DNA from: Steroidobacteraceae bacterium
GTDB taxonomy: Bacteria > Pseudomonadota > Gammaproteobacteria > Steroidobacterales > Steroidobacteraceae
Direction: 5' to 3'
Length of the DNA stretch: 64,000 bases
Assembly (NCBI GenBank): GCA_049792815.1
Contig: JBARBG010000081.1
Location: forward strand, 8,296-72,295
Of this stretch, positions 1 through 9,156 are shown one piece after another; position 1 is the first letter of the stretch; every line of letters starts with the position of its first letter. Both the position numbers and the translations under genes were made by a program. The notes beneath the pieces were generated by a model, which saw only the letters and a program-made list of their open reading frames with translations, was not told where the DNA came from and made no database searches.

Positions 1-1071
1 TGCGAAATGCCGCTGTGCGGCGTGCCATTGCGCCTGGATGACCTCTGCGGGGCCGTGGAAACTCAGCCACAGTCGCCAGTACGGGACGCCGGCACGAGCG
101 CCGTAGGCCTCGATTTGCGGCGAGTATCCCAACTTCGTGCCCTTCAGGAGGTTCACGTGCTCCGCGGTCATCTGCGGCGGACCGGTCTCATTCAACTGCT
201 GCACCTGCCCGACCGCTGGGTAGCCGAGCAGCGGCGAATCGATGTCAGGGAAGCCTGAGCTGATGCGGCTGTTCTCCACGAAGTTCAGGATTTCAACCAG
301 CGGCATCAGGTCCTGGTAGCGCGGCACGCTCACGGTGCAACGCTGGTAGGCCTCCGGTTCGGGCATCAGCCAGAACCCCATCTTGGTGACGATGCCGTAG
401 TTTGACTGCGAGAAAATGCCGTCGATCCACGGCCCGCAGCCCGACTTGTACTGTTGCCAGGTCTGCGCGTTCGGGATCGCGCCCATGCCGGTACGCAGCA
501 ACTCACCGTTCGGCAATACGATCTCCATGCCGCAATGGGAGTCGAAGTGATTGCGATAGTTGGCGTTTGTGTAACCACCGCCACGATCGAGGGCATTACC
601 CACTACGCTTCCCCATCCTGGGTCCGGGCAGTCGATCCAGACCTTGAGCTTGTGCTCCTGGATATAGCGGTACAGGTCGAAATAGCTGACGCCGGGTTCC
701 ACCAGGGCGAAAGCGTTCTTCTCGTTGACCTCGATGATGCGGTTCATCCGCTTGAGGTCCAGTACCACGCTTCCCGAGTACGCCGGCGCCGAGCCACCGT
801 AACCCAGGTTCCTGCCGGTCGAGATCGGGTAGAGCGGAATTCGGAACTTGTTGGCGATGCGGACGATCTGCTGCACCTGCTCGGTTGAAACCGGCGCCAG
901 CGCCCCTGAGGCTATCCTTTCCTCGGGCTCGTTCATGAATGGTGAGAAGGCGTCGCGATAGAGATCGAGGTCCTCATCGCTCGTGAACACCCATTCCCGG
1001 CCTATGGCCTGTGCACATTCGTCCAGCGCCTTCGCATAGTCGGCGGCACTGACGTTCGGCGGTACTCTCAT
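1..1071 (-). CDS. FAD-linked oxidase, p-cresol methylhydroxylase / vanillyl-alcohol oxidase flavoprotein subunit (PchF-like). N-terminal 357 aa only; the 3' end runs off the window.
   Basis: Not in the ORF track because no stop lies in the window. Manual translation from ATG 1071: MRVPPNVSAADYAKALDECAQAIGREWVFTSDEDLDLYRDAF...PISTGRNLGYGGSAP, an FAD_binding_4-type motif. Sits downstream of pchC/pchX-like genes. Confidence 0.75.
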   Translation of the reverse strand, partial: MRVPPNVSAADYAKALDECAQAIGREWVFTSDEDLDLYRDAFSPFMNEPEERIASGALAPVSTEQVQQIVRIANKFRIPLYPISTGRNLGYGGSAPAYSGSVVLDLKRMNRIIEVNEKNAFALVEPGVSYFDLYRYIQEHKLKVWIDCPDPGWGSVVGNALDRGGGYTNANYRNHFDSHCGMEIVLPNGELLRTGMGAIPNAQTWQQYKSGCGPWIDGIFSQSNYGIVTKMGFWLMPEPEAYQRCTVSVPRYQDLMPLVEILNFVENSRISSGFPDIDSPLLGYPAVGQVQQLNETGPPQMTAEHVNLLKGTKLGYSPQIEAYGARAGVPYWRLWLSFHGPAEVIQAQWHAAQRHFA

Positions 1072-1096
1072 GAGGCGTGCTCCGCTTGCGGGTGCA

Positions 1097-1477
1097 TCAG
1101 GCGATGACCCAGGATACGAGCATCTGACCTGGGCCCTGCCGCCGATCGGTCCGAGTGACCACTCGCAGCCAGTGCTGTGCGGCGAGTTGTTCGAGGCAGA
1201 ACAGAGCGGTCGGGGTCGTCATTCCGGCGAGTGCGCCCGCGCGGCGTGACCAGCGCGGCTCGATCTCGTGCTGCCACACCGCCGTGAGGTCGCCACCGTA
1301 GCCGAAAACACTGTGGCCCCGCCAAGCCATGGCATCCGCAAAAGCGTGCGCCACCGAAAATCGCTGGTCGTAGATGACGGCGAACACGGGAGGCGTGCCG
1401 GCATGCACCAGAGGCAGCGCGCAGGCTGCGGTTCCGGCGGCCGTGACCCCGGCAAACACGAAGTCACGGCGGTTCAT
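1097..1477 (-). CDS. Small Tat-signal protein in the position of pchX of the pchCXF operon
   Basis: 126 aa with twin-arginine motif MNRRDFVFAG. Its start overlaps the stop of the upstream cytochrome gene (ATGA). Assignment rests on synteny only. Confidence 0.55.
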   Translation of the reverse strand: MNRRDFVFAGVTAAGTAACALPLVHAGTPPVFAVIYDQRFSVAHAFADAMAWRGHSVFGYGGDLTAVWQHEIEPRWSRRAGALAGMTTPTALFCLEQLAAQHWLRVVTRTDRRQGPGQMLVSWVIA

Positions 1478-1812
1478 AACGCAAGGATCCAGCGCGCAAT
1501 CGCCCGCGCGTCGTCCACGCTGATGCGCTCATTGGCGACCATGGGAATGGTGCCCCAGTTGCCCGCGCCGCCATTGATGATCTTCAGCGCCAGGCGATTC
1601 ACGGCTGCATCCCGTTCGGTTGCATAGCGAGCGGCCACCGCCACAAAGGGTGGGCCAATGCGGGCTTCCTTCAGCGCGTGGCACTCATCGCAGTGCTGGC
1701 GTGCGGCGAGCGGGGAAAGGCCCTGTGCCAGGCCCACGTCGGCAGCAAATCCGGACACGGGGGCGGCCAACACCAGCCCCGCGACAATCTTCGAGAGGGC
1801 GCGGATACTCAT
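1474..1812 (-). CDS. Periplasmic c-type cytochrome (PchC-like electron acceptor subunit)
   Basis: 112 aa with a signal peptide and a single CxxCH (CDECH), c551/c552-like. ATGA overlap with the upstream gene at 1809-1812. Confidence 0.75.
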   Translation of the reverse strand: MSIRALSKIVAGLVLAAPVSGFAADVGLAQGLSPLAARQHCDECHALKEARIGPPFVAVAARYATERDAAVNRLALKIINGGAGNWGTIPMVANERISVDDARAIARWILAL

Positions 1813-3512
1813 CGGCGCACCTGTGCATCGTCGCCGAGGTCAATCAGCAGCGCCATCCGCGGTCCGCGCACGTGCTCCACGATGTTGGCGTACGAGGTCA
1901 CCAGGGCACCGCTGCCGCGATCCACATGGACCATGCGCAGGAAGCCACGCTCGCGCGGCAACGGCAGCACCCCGATGCGCCTGGTGCGCGGGTCAAATCG
2001 ATAGATGACATCCGCATTGGACGTCGGTATCCATACCACCTTGCGGATGGGGTCCCAGGTCGTTGCGTATGGGGCACTGGCGCGATCGGGCAGGTCGTAG
2101 ATGCCCAGCATGCGCCCGGCCTTCGTGTCGTAGGCGGCCAGCTGCCCGGCGCCGTACAGCGCAAGATAAAGGACCCCGTCGTCGGACATGGACATGCGGC
2201 GCGGACCCGCCGTGGGACTTGTGAATTCCACGTGGGTCTCGAACTTGAGGGTTTCGGTATTGAAGCTGCCGAAGCTTGCAATCCCGAGCTGGCAGTACCA
2301 CACGTGCGTGTGATCCGGGCTCATGGCGAGGCCGTAGACCTGTTCGCCGCCGGTACGGCCTGCAACCGGCGGGATCTTGAACTCGCCGCTCTTGCCAGTT
2401 CCCGGATCCAGCCAGCCCACCGCATTGTTCACGATGTCCGAGAACCAGACGCGACCATGATGATCGGTCGCAAGCTCATGGTCGGAATCAAAGGACATGT
2501 CGTGCAGTCCGACCGGCGGTGCGCCGGGCTGGTTCAATTGCCACAGCTTCCATCGCTCGGTGCGGGGGTCGAAGCGCATCAGCGCGCCGGGAAAGAATGG
2601 ACTCGCCCAGATGCCATCGGCACCTGGCACGAGGGTGTGAGGTCCCCACAGGTCCTTGCCGGGAATCGTGTAGTCCTTCAGTGCGCCCGAGCGGGTATCG
2701 ATGCGGATCAGCCGGTTGGAACTGACATCCGCCGCGTACAGATAGTCCGTACCTTTGAAGGGAACGGCTTCCCGCACCGCATTGGGTGGCGCGACCTCAA
2801 ATTCGCGAATGGTGGTGCGCGGTGTGACGATCAAGGGTGCGCCGTAGCTGTAGCCGCGCACTTCGCTGAGCGGACCCCGTAGTGCTTCGGTCAGGATTTT
2901 GGCGGTCGGACCCGGAGCGCCACCTGAATACACGTTGTCACCCGAGGGCACAACGTTGCCAGCGCGCCCGAACTCCACATTGGAGACGTAGTTCATCTGC
3001 TTTACGATCGCCGTCCAGGCCAGTTCACGCGCCGCGGCCGACTGGGTCGATGGCGTGTCGTCCAGCAGTTTGGCGTACGCCCGAACTTCGGGGGCCGGTA
3101 GCTGGTGGCAGGCGACGCAGGTCATCACCAACGCCTCACGATGCGCCGGATCCTTCATGTCCCTGAGGTACGCAGAAGCCGGCGCCGTGCCGGCCTGGTT
3201 CGCCTCAGGCCGCATGACCAGCGTCAGCGCACCCGCAGCGCTTGGCACCGGGGCGCCAAGTTGCTGGAAATTCAGCAGCCGCACCTGCAGCGTTCCCCGG
3301 GGAGTATTGGGCGGAAAGCTGAACTCCCCTGCGGAACCGGTGAATACGGTGGTGGCCGTGGCGCCCGCGGCCGGTGCGGATTTGGTGAGGGTCACCATCG
3401 CCTGGGGCAGCGGTGCACCGTTCAGATCGGTCACTTTGCCATGCGTTGCCGCAAAGGCCCCGGCCGCGAAAGCAAGACCCATCACCAAGGCGGTGACGCC
3501 AGTGCCGTTCAT
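1809..3512 (-). CDS. Secreted protein with a carboxypeptidase-regulatory-like N-domain, a CxxCH haem-c motif and a beta-propeller (Vgb/NHL-like repeats)
   Basis: 567 aa with a signal peptide, CVACH motif and repeated propeller-like blades. First gene of the four-gene coupled operon. Confidence 0.6.
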   Translation of the reverse strand: MNGTGVTALVMGLAFAAGAFAATHGKVTDLNGAPLPQAMVTLTKSAPAAGATATTVFTGSAGEFSFPPNTPRGTLQVRLLNFQQLGAPVPSAAGALTLVMRPEANQAGTAPASAYLRDMKDPAHREALVMTCVACHQLPAPEVRAYAKLLDDTPSTQSAAARELAWTAIVKQMNYVSNVEFGRAGNVVPSGDNVYSGGAPGPTAKILTEALRGPLSEVRGYSYGAPLIVTPRTTIREFEVAPPNAVREAVPFKGTDYLYAADVSSNRLIRIDTRSGALKDYTIPGKDLWGPHTLVPGADGIWASPFFPGALMRFDPRTERWKLWQLNQPGAPPVGLHDMSFDSDHELATDHHGRVWFSDIVNNAVGWLDPGTGKSGEFKIPPVAGRTGGEQVYGLAMSPDHTHVWYCQLGIASFGSFNTETLKFETHVEFTSPTAGPRRMSMSDDGVLYLALYGAGQLAAYDTKAGRMLGIYDLPDRASAPYATTWDPIRKVVWIPTSNADVIYRFDPRTRRIGVLPLPRERGFLRMVHVDRGSGALVTSYANIVEHVRGPRMALLIDLGDDAQVRR

Positions 3513-3641
3513 TATGGATTCCCCCTCTGCCCGCGCCGAGTCCAGACTCTAGGCCGAAGGCGTTGGCAAGGCAATTGCGCCACCGGGCCGGGGCGTATAA
3601 TCACCGGGCTGTGAACGGGCATTCGGGCCGCAATCCTTGGG

Positions 3642-4448
3642 ATGGCTACCATGAATATCGATCGACGCGCCTTTATCGAAGGACTCGGGGGTTCAGCCGC
3701 CATCGCGCTGATGAGCGATGAGGCCAGGGCCGACGCCCTTGAACAACACCTCATTTCACAGACCAATCCGGCGCCGAACTTTCCTACGGCGGCGCAAATC
3801 GCTGCGCAGATCGACACGCAGCCCACCCGCAAGGGCGTGGGCAACCTGTTTGTCGCGCGCCAGGGAAATGTCGCGCGGCTCGCGCCGCTGCCGGAGCGGC
3901 CCACGCTTGCCGACTACTTCAGGCTGCGCTTTGTCGCGACTTCAAATCACTGCCTGCAAAGCGCCAATCGCGCCATGAAGAATGGCATGTCAGAGGAAAT
4001 CATCCTGGCGTGCCTGCTGCACGACACCGTTCAGGAGCTGATCAAGGTCGACCATGGCTGGTGGAGCGCGCAGATGTACGAGCCGTACGTATCTGAGAAA
4101 GTGGCGTTTGCGATTCGCTATCACCAGGCCCTGCGCTTCTACGAAGACAAAGCCCTCGGCTATGTCTATCCGGACCTCTACCGCCGCATTTTCGGATCTG
4201 ACTACCGGCCGGAACCCTACATCGAACATACCTACCAGATGGTGCGCAACCACAAGTGGTATATGGAGCCGCGCATGGTCACCGTCAACGATCTGTACGC
4301 GTTTGAGCCCAATGTCCATCCCGTCCTGGAACAGTTCACGGACATCATTGGCCGGCATTTCCGACAGCCCGCCGCGGGACTGGGCTTCGACAACAGTTCG
4401 TCAGCTCACATGTGGCGATCGTTATCGATGCCGGACCATCCGCTGTGA
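3642..4448 (+). CDS. Tat-signal HD-domain-like protein, function unknown
   Basis: 268 aa with MNIDRRAFIEGLGGSAA (Tat motif) and an LLHD...H-rich core suggesting HD / inositol-oxygenase-like metal binding. Confidence 0.5.
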   Translation: MATMNIDRRAFIEGLGGSAAIALMSDEARADALEQHLISQTNPAPNFPTAAQIAAQIDTQPTRKGVGNLFVARQGNVARLAPLPERPTLADYFRLRFVATSNHCLQSANRAMKNGMSEEIILACLLHDTVQELIKVDHGWWSAQMYEPYVSEKVAFAIRYHQALRFYEDKALGYVYPDLYRRIFGSDYRPEPYIEHTYQMVRNHKWYMEPRMVTVNDLYAFEPNVHPVLEQFTDIIGRHFRQPAAGLGFDNSSSAHMWRSLSMPDHPL

Positions 4449-4452
4449 CCTG

Positions 4453-4905
4453 CTAGTCCTGGAACCTGCTGGTGTTGATGAAGCCCACCTTCTTCAGCCG
4501 GTCGCGCTGTGCAAGCGCGAGGATTTTCGCGACGTAATCGTACTTGACGCGAGGATTTGGCCGCAGGCGGATCTCGGGCTGCGGATTCTTTGAAGCTTCG
4601 GCACGCAGGTAGCCGTCAAGCTGTTGCATGCTCTGGACCGCCGTGCCGTTCCACAGCACGGTGCCGTCGAACTCGATGTCCAGGTCAATGGCTTCCGGGA
4701 GCGGTGTGATCGCAGGTGGGGACCCTTGCGGGAGCTCGATCACCACGCCGTGGGTCAGCAGCGGCAGCGCGATGATCAGAGTAACCAGCAAGACGAGCAT
4801 GATGTCGATCAGGGGCGTAGTGTTGATATCGCAGACAATGTCCGCCGCATCGGAGTGTGTCGCGCGCGCGAACAGTGGAATAGCGCGTTGGGCGTATGCT
4901 GACAT
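4453..4905 (-). CDS. exbD: Biopolymer transport protein ExbD/TolR
   Basis: 150 aa from MSAYAQRA..., with AGGAGA 7 nt upstream. Single TM (IDIMLVLLVTLIIALPLL) plus an ExbD periplasmic domain. The 386-aa track ORF is an over-extension; an in-frame ATG at 5190 is an alternative start. Confidence 0.75.
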   Translation of the reverse strand: MSAYAQRAIPLFARATHSDAADIVCDINTTPLIDIMLVLLVTLIIALPLLTHGVVIELPQGSPPAITPLPEAIDLDIEFDGTVLWNGTAVQSMQQLDGYLRAEASKNPQPEIRLRPNPRVKYDYVAKILALAQRDRLKKVGFINTSRFQD

Positions 4906-5254
4906 GATGAATTCTCCTGTCGGCGCGGCGCTCACCGAATGCGCGACGCCGAGACCTTGCCGGCCGATGACCGTCGCAGCCCGAAGGCAGCCCAGGGCGA
5001 ATTTCAATCGCGAAGTCGCCGAGGGCAGTTCCAATGAGTGAGCCCGCCATTCCTCGTCCAACCGCGCAGAGCTTGATCCGCGTGCGGCGTTAGCGGCGCG
5101 GGCAATCAAACGGCTGGCGAGGCCGTCGATCCAAGTAATCGATCGAGGCGCATCCCCGGGTCGCGCGGGCGAACGAACTTTCGTGCCCATACTCGTTACT
5201 CTACATAGGTAGGTGGCCCAATGCAAAATTGTGCGCTGCGACAAGCTCCGGTCT

Positions 5255-7012
5255 TCAACTTGTCCGTACCCACCCGTAGCGGGTGTGATCGGGCGGGGCG
5301 CCACTTTCCATGTACCGCGCCTTCGCCTGCGCAAGGTGATCGGCCGTATATCCGGGCATCTCCATGAGGTGCTTGAGGCTGTCGGGAATCTTGCTGGCGT
5401 AGTCGGCAGGCATCGGCTTGAAGTGAGCCGAAAACTGGCGTGGTACGTCGATACCGTACAAGCGCGCGGAGTTAAGACCCAGAATCTTGCGCTTGTGCTC
5501 GTGTGTGAATTCCGGGTAGCCGTACTTGCGGCGCATGGCTTCCGGGATCTGGAAGCGCCACATCGCCTCGATCTGCCACTGGGGCGAGCCATACCACACG
5601 GAGTCCGAGCCAAACACGATCCGGTCCGGGCCCATGAATTTCAGCAGCTGACCCATGATGTGCGCTGCCACGGTCGGGAAGGTGATGATGGAGGAGGCCC
5701 AGGTGGTACCCAGTTCGGCATAGGTGTTCGTAAGGTCGCGGCACAGTACGGCGTATTCGGTCGTCCAGCTGATGTCCGGCACGCCCTCGCGCAGATTGCC
5801 GGCGTTGATTTCGGCCAGTGCGTCATACATGAAGAACGATGGCTGGATGCAGGCGTGATAGGTGATGAAATTGAGGTTCGGCCAATCGCGCGCAGCTTTC
5901 GGTAAATCCGCCGGATGCCCGATCTCGGGCCGGCGCTCCTTGCTGTTCACCAAGCCTTTGTGTACGCAGATGTTGTTGAAGCCCGGATGTGCCGCCTTCT
6001 GGACGGAGTAGGCCTTGTTGATGGCCTCGAAAGTGGGGTACGCGATCTGTTCGTCGTCGTGTCGCCACTGTTTCATCAGGCTCAACGGGTTCTCGTCCAC
6101 CTTGGCGGCATTGGCGATGTTGTAGCCTTTCCAGGAGTCCGGCTGGTTCTGCGCGATCTGCTCGTGGATATAGTCCAGATTGCCCTTGCCAACGTACAGC
6201 ATTCCATGGGCCAGTGAGCGGCGCGACCCTGCGACTTCATTGATGAAATCGCGCGCGGCCGCCGTCTGTGCGGCGGTGAGGATTTCACCCCCGCGCGCCT
6301 CGACGACATTGCGCGGCGCGCGCTTGCCGGTGTCGATCACGCTGGCCGGTACGTTGGTGAGCATGCCCACCGTGACCTGACTTTCCAGGTAGACCTGTCG
6401 GATGAAGTCCGTGAGCAGGAAGTTCTCCGGGTTGAACGGCAGTCCCACGAGCACCGGGTTCCACACGCCCCACGCTGCTCCGTGTTCGTCGAGATGTCCG
6501 GCGGGGTTGAAGGGGTTGGCTGTCATGCCCAACGATGGCCCGATCGTGGGACCCTCGGCCAGGCCGCGCAATGCGCCCACCGCCTTGCCGCGGCTTCCTC
6601 GCACCATGTGCAGCTGGTCATCGAACACGAACAGGTCGTGCGGGGCGCCGCCTTGTGCGTAGGCTTCGGGCACGAGCATTTCCAGCGGGTCCACCTTGAA
6701 GAATGGCCCGAAGACCTTGTTGATGGCGAGGAAGGAGGCCGCCATGCCGCCGGTGCCGGCCAGGAAACGGCGGCGGCTGATACCCAGGCGCCGGCTCGTC
6801 TGCGCGGCAAGGTCATGAACGCGAGCCTCGACCTGTTTCTGCGCAGCGCTTTGCGGCGCCGGCAGGTACTCGCCGTTCGACACCATCTGCGTGGGTATCG
6901 GCGTGCGATACCGATCGTCGTCGCAGGCGCGCGTGCATTGCGCGAGCTCTGCGGGGCTGAGCAAGGTCTCATCGGGTTCCCAGAGGCGATTGCTCTCGTT
7001 CCACTTCGGCAT
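5255..7012 (-). CDS. Amidohydrolase-2 family (TIM-barrel metal hydrolase) with an internal Tat-like motif
   Basis: 585 aa with SRRRFLAGTGG and a C-terminal FGSDSVWYGSP...ILGLNSARLYG, typical of PF04909-type enzymes. Confidence 0.7.
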   Translation of the reverse strand: MPKWNESNRLWEPDETLLSPAELAQCTRACDDDRYRTPIPTQMVSNGEYLPAPQSAAQKQVEARVHDLAAQTSRRLGISRRRFLAGTGGMAASFLAINKVFGPFFKVDPLEMLVPEAYAQGGAPHDLFVFDDQLHMVRGSRGKAVGALRGLAEGPTIGPSLGMTANPFNPAGHLDEHGAAWGVWNPVLVGLPFNPENFLLTDFIRQVYLESQVTVGMLTNVPASVIDTGKRAPRNVVEARGGEILTAAQTAAARDFINEVAGSRRSLAHGMLYVGKGNLDYIHEQIAQNQPDSWKGYNIANAAKVDENPLSLMKQWRHDDEQIAYPTFEAINKAYSVQKAAHPGFNNICVHKGLVNSKERRPEIGHPADLPKAARDWPNLNFITYHACIQPSFFMYDALAEINAGNLREGVPDISWTTEYAVLCRDLTNTYAELGTTWASSIITFPTVAAHIMGQLLKFMGPDRIVFGSDSVWYGSPQWQIEAMWRFQIPEAMRRKYGYPEFTHEHKRKILGLNSARLYGIDVPRQFSAHFKPMPADYASKIPDSLKHLMEMPGYTADHLAQAKARYMESGAPPDHTRYGWVRTS

Positions 7013-7032
7013 GGGCCCCCCTTATCCCTGAT

Positions 7033-9156
7033 ATGCTAAGTCCGACTATCACGCGATGCAAACCAGTGGATTGTAAATCGCTACATCGAAGCCATGTGTG
7101 CCTGGCGGCGCTGATCTGCCTGTGGGGCGCGAATGTATGGGCCGCCCGGGTCATCGACAACGCAGCCCTTGAGAACGAACAGGACGGCACTGATTGGCCG
7201 GCCTACGGCCGCACCTTCAACGAGGGGCACTACAGCCCCTTGAAGCAGATCACTGCCGAGACCGTCAAGCGCCTCGGCCTTGCCTGGTCTGTGGATCTGG
7301 ACGTGACCAACTCGATCACCGCGCCGCTTGCGGTCGGTGGCGTGGTTTATCTCGGCGCCGGTCATGGAGTCGTCTACGCCGTCGACGCCAGGAGCGGTCG
7401 CAAGTTGTGGCGCTATGACGCCAAAGCGCCGCAGGTGGCTCATCAGAAGTTGCGCCTGGGATGGGGCATTCGCGGCATCGCTTTCTGGATGAATCGCGTC
7501 TACGCCGGTACCACGGACGGTCGCCTGATTGCACTGAACGCGGCCGACGGGTCGCTGGCATGGAGCGTCCAGACCGTCGATCCGCGCAACGGTGCCACGA
7601 TTACCGGGCCACCGCGCGCCTTCAACGGCAAGATCATCATCGGTTTTTCGGGCGAGGACTTTGCGCCGCTGCGCGGCTATGTGACGGCCTACGACGCGCA
7701 GACGGGCAAGCAGGCGTGGCGCTTCTTCCTGGTCCCCGGCAAACCGGGTACTCGCGATGGCGCAGCGTCCGATGACGTCATGCAGATGGCGGCCAGCACC
7801 TGGACCGGTGACTGGTGGAAGAGGGGCGGCGGCGGCGGCGCCTGGAACGCGATGACCTATGACCCGCAGTTCAATCGGGTGTACATCGGCACCGGTAACG
7901 GCGCGCCGATGAATGCGCGGGTCCGCAGCCCCGGTGGCGGCGACAATCTGTTTGTCGCCTCGGTGGTGGCGCTTGATGCGGATACCGGGCACTACCTCTG
8001 GCACTACCAGACGACTCCAGGTGACTCCTGGGACTACGATGCGGCCACCGACATGACTCTGGTGACGGTGCAGATCGACGGCCGAGCGCGTCAGGTCATG
8101 TTGATCGCAGCGAAGAACGGCTTCATCTATGTGATCGATCGGAAGAACGGACAGCTGATTTCCGCCGAAAAGCTGGGCACCGTGACCTGGGCGGACCATG
8201 TCGACCTGAAGACAGGCAGACCGGTACTCGCACCTGGCGCCACCTACGAGAAACCCATCGTGCTGTGGCCCAGTTTACAGTCCGTGCACCACTGGCCGCC
8301 GCAGTCCTACAGCCCGCGGACCGGTTATCTGTACGAGCCCACGCTCGAGATGCCCGCAGAATTCAGCGATGCCGGCTTCCGCCTTGGAGACCCAGGGAAG
8401 ACTGAGGCGGCGCAGGACGTGGGACACAGCGTCCTGAAGGCTTGGGACCCGCTCGCCAGGCGTGTCGTGTGGCACGTGGAGACTGCGGGTATCTCCAATG
8501 GCGGCACGCTGGCGACTGCCGGAGACCTCGTATTTGAGGGTTTGGCGGATGGGTATCTGCACGCCTACGAGGCACGGGACGGCAAGGATCTGTGGTCCTT
8601 TTTTGCAGGTGTCGCGGTCACGGGCGTGCCGATCACCTACAGCGTGGACGGGCGCCAATACCTCACCATCACATCCGGTCCGCTGGGAGGCGCCACTGCG
8701 GCGTTCGGGGCCGTTTCCGCCCGCTGGGGTTGGGATCCGCGGGTGCACCCGCGGCGGCTGCTGACTTTTGCCCTGGACGCCAACACCCGGCTACCGCCCA
8801 CGCCACCGCGCCGGCCGGCCGTTCCCTTGGACGCACCACAGTTCCAGGTCGATGCTGCGAAGGCTCGTGCCGGCGAGCGCGAGTATGGCGGGTGCATGAT
8901 TTGCCACGGCATGGGCGCGATCGCGGGGGGTATTGCGCCTGACTTGCGCGCATCACCCGTCCCACTATCGGCGGAGGCCTTCGCGCATATTGTCCGTGAC
9001 GGCGCACTTGAAGTACGCGGTATGCCCCGCTTTGCGCAGCTGAGTGATGCGCAACTGGAGGCGTTGCGCCATTTCCTCAGGCAGAAGGCGCGCAGTGACC
9101 TTCGGCCACCTTCCGTTCATCCACAATCAACTGGAACTTCCGCGTCCGCACATTGA
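7033..9156 (+). CDS. Quinohaemoprotein PQQ-dependent alcohol dehydrogenase (type II, C-terminal cytochrome c domain)
   Basis: 707 aa with a signal peptide, PQQ propeller W-motifs (DWPAYGRT..., GDNLF..S.VALD) and a C-terminal CMICH haem site. The exact start is uncertain. Confidence 0.85.
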   Translation: MLSPTITRCKPVDCKSLHRSHVCLAALICLWGANVWAARVIDNAALENEQDGTDWPAYGRTFNEGHYSPLKQITAETVKRLGLAWSVDLDVTNSITAPLAVGGVVYLGAGHGVVYAVDARSGRKLWRYDAKAPQVAHQKLRLGWGIRGIAFWMNRVYAGTTDGRLIALNAADGSLAWSVQTVDPRNGATITGPPRAFNGKIIIGFSGEDFAPLRGYVTAYDAQTGKQAWRFFLVPGKPGTRDGAASDDVMQMAASTWTGDWWKRGGGGGAWNAMTYDPQFNRVYIGTGNGAPMNARVRSPGGGDNLFVASVVALDADTGHYLWHYQTTPGDSWDYDAATDMTLVTVQIDGRARQVMLIAAKNGFIYVIDRKNGQLISAEKLGTVTWADHVDLKTGRPVLAPGATYEKPIVLWPSLQSVHHWPPQSYSPRTGYLYEPTLEMPAEFSDAGFRLGDPGKTEAAQDVGHSVLKAWDPLARRVVWHVETAGISNGGTLATAGDLVFEGLADGYLHAYEARDGKDLWSFFAGVAVTGVPITYSVDGRQYLTITSGPLGGATAAFGAVSARWGWDPRVHPRRLLTFALDANTRLPPTPPRRPAVPLDAPQFQVDAAKARAGEREYGGCMICHGMGAIAGGIAPDLRASPVPLSAEAFAHIVRDGALEVRGMPRFAQLSDAQLEALRHFLRQKARSDLRPPSVHPQSTGTSASAH

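Noticed and set aside
1620-2882. 420-aa plus-strand ORF, and similar long ORFs: 7081-8199(-), 20029-21039(-), 34013-35104(+), 35445-37043(-), 37427-38689(-), 41386-42741(-), 62139-63299(+)
   Set aside because: Each lies antisense to a gene with clear family signatures. The translations are Arg/Ala/Gly/Pro-rich low-complexity sequences typical of shadow ORFs in high-G+C DNA.
3563-3601. Perfect TATAAT at 3596-3601 upstream of the HD-domain gene, and TATAAT at 44717-22 before tRNA-Pro, as promoters
   Set aside because: Plausible -10 boxes, but the -35 elements are weak or mis-spaced and there is no transcript evidence. They are not reported as separate features.
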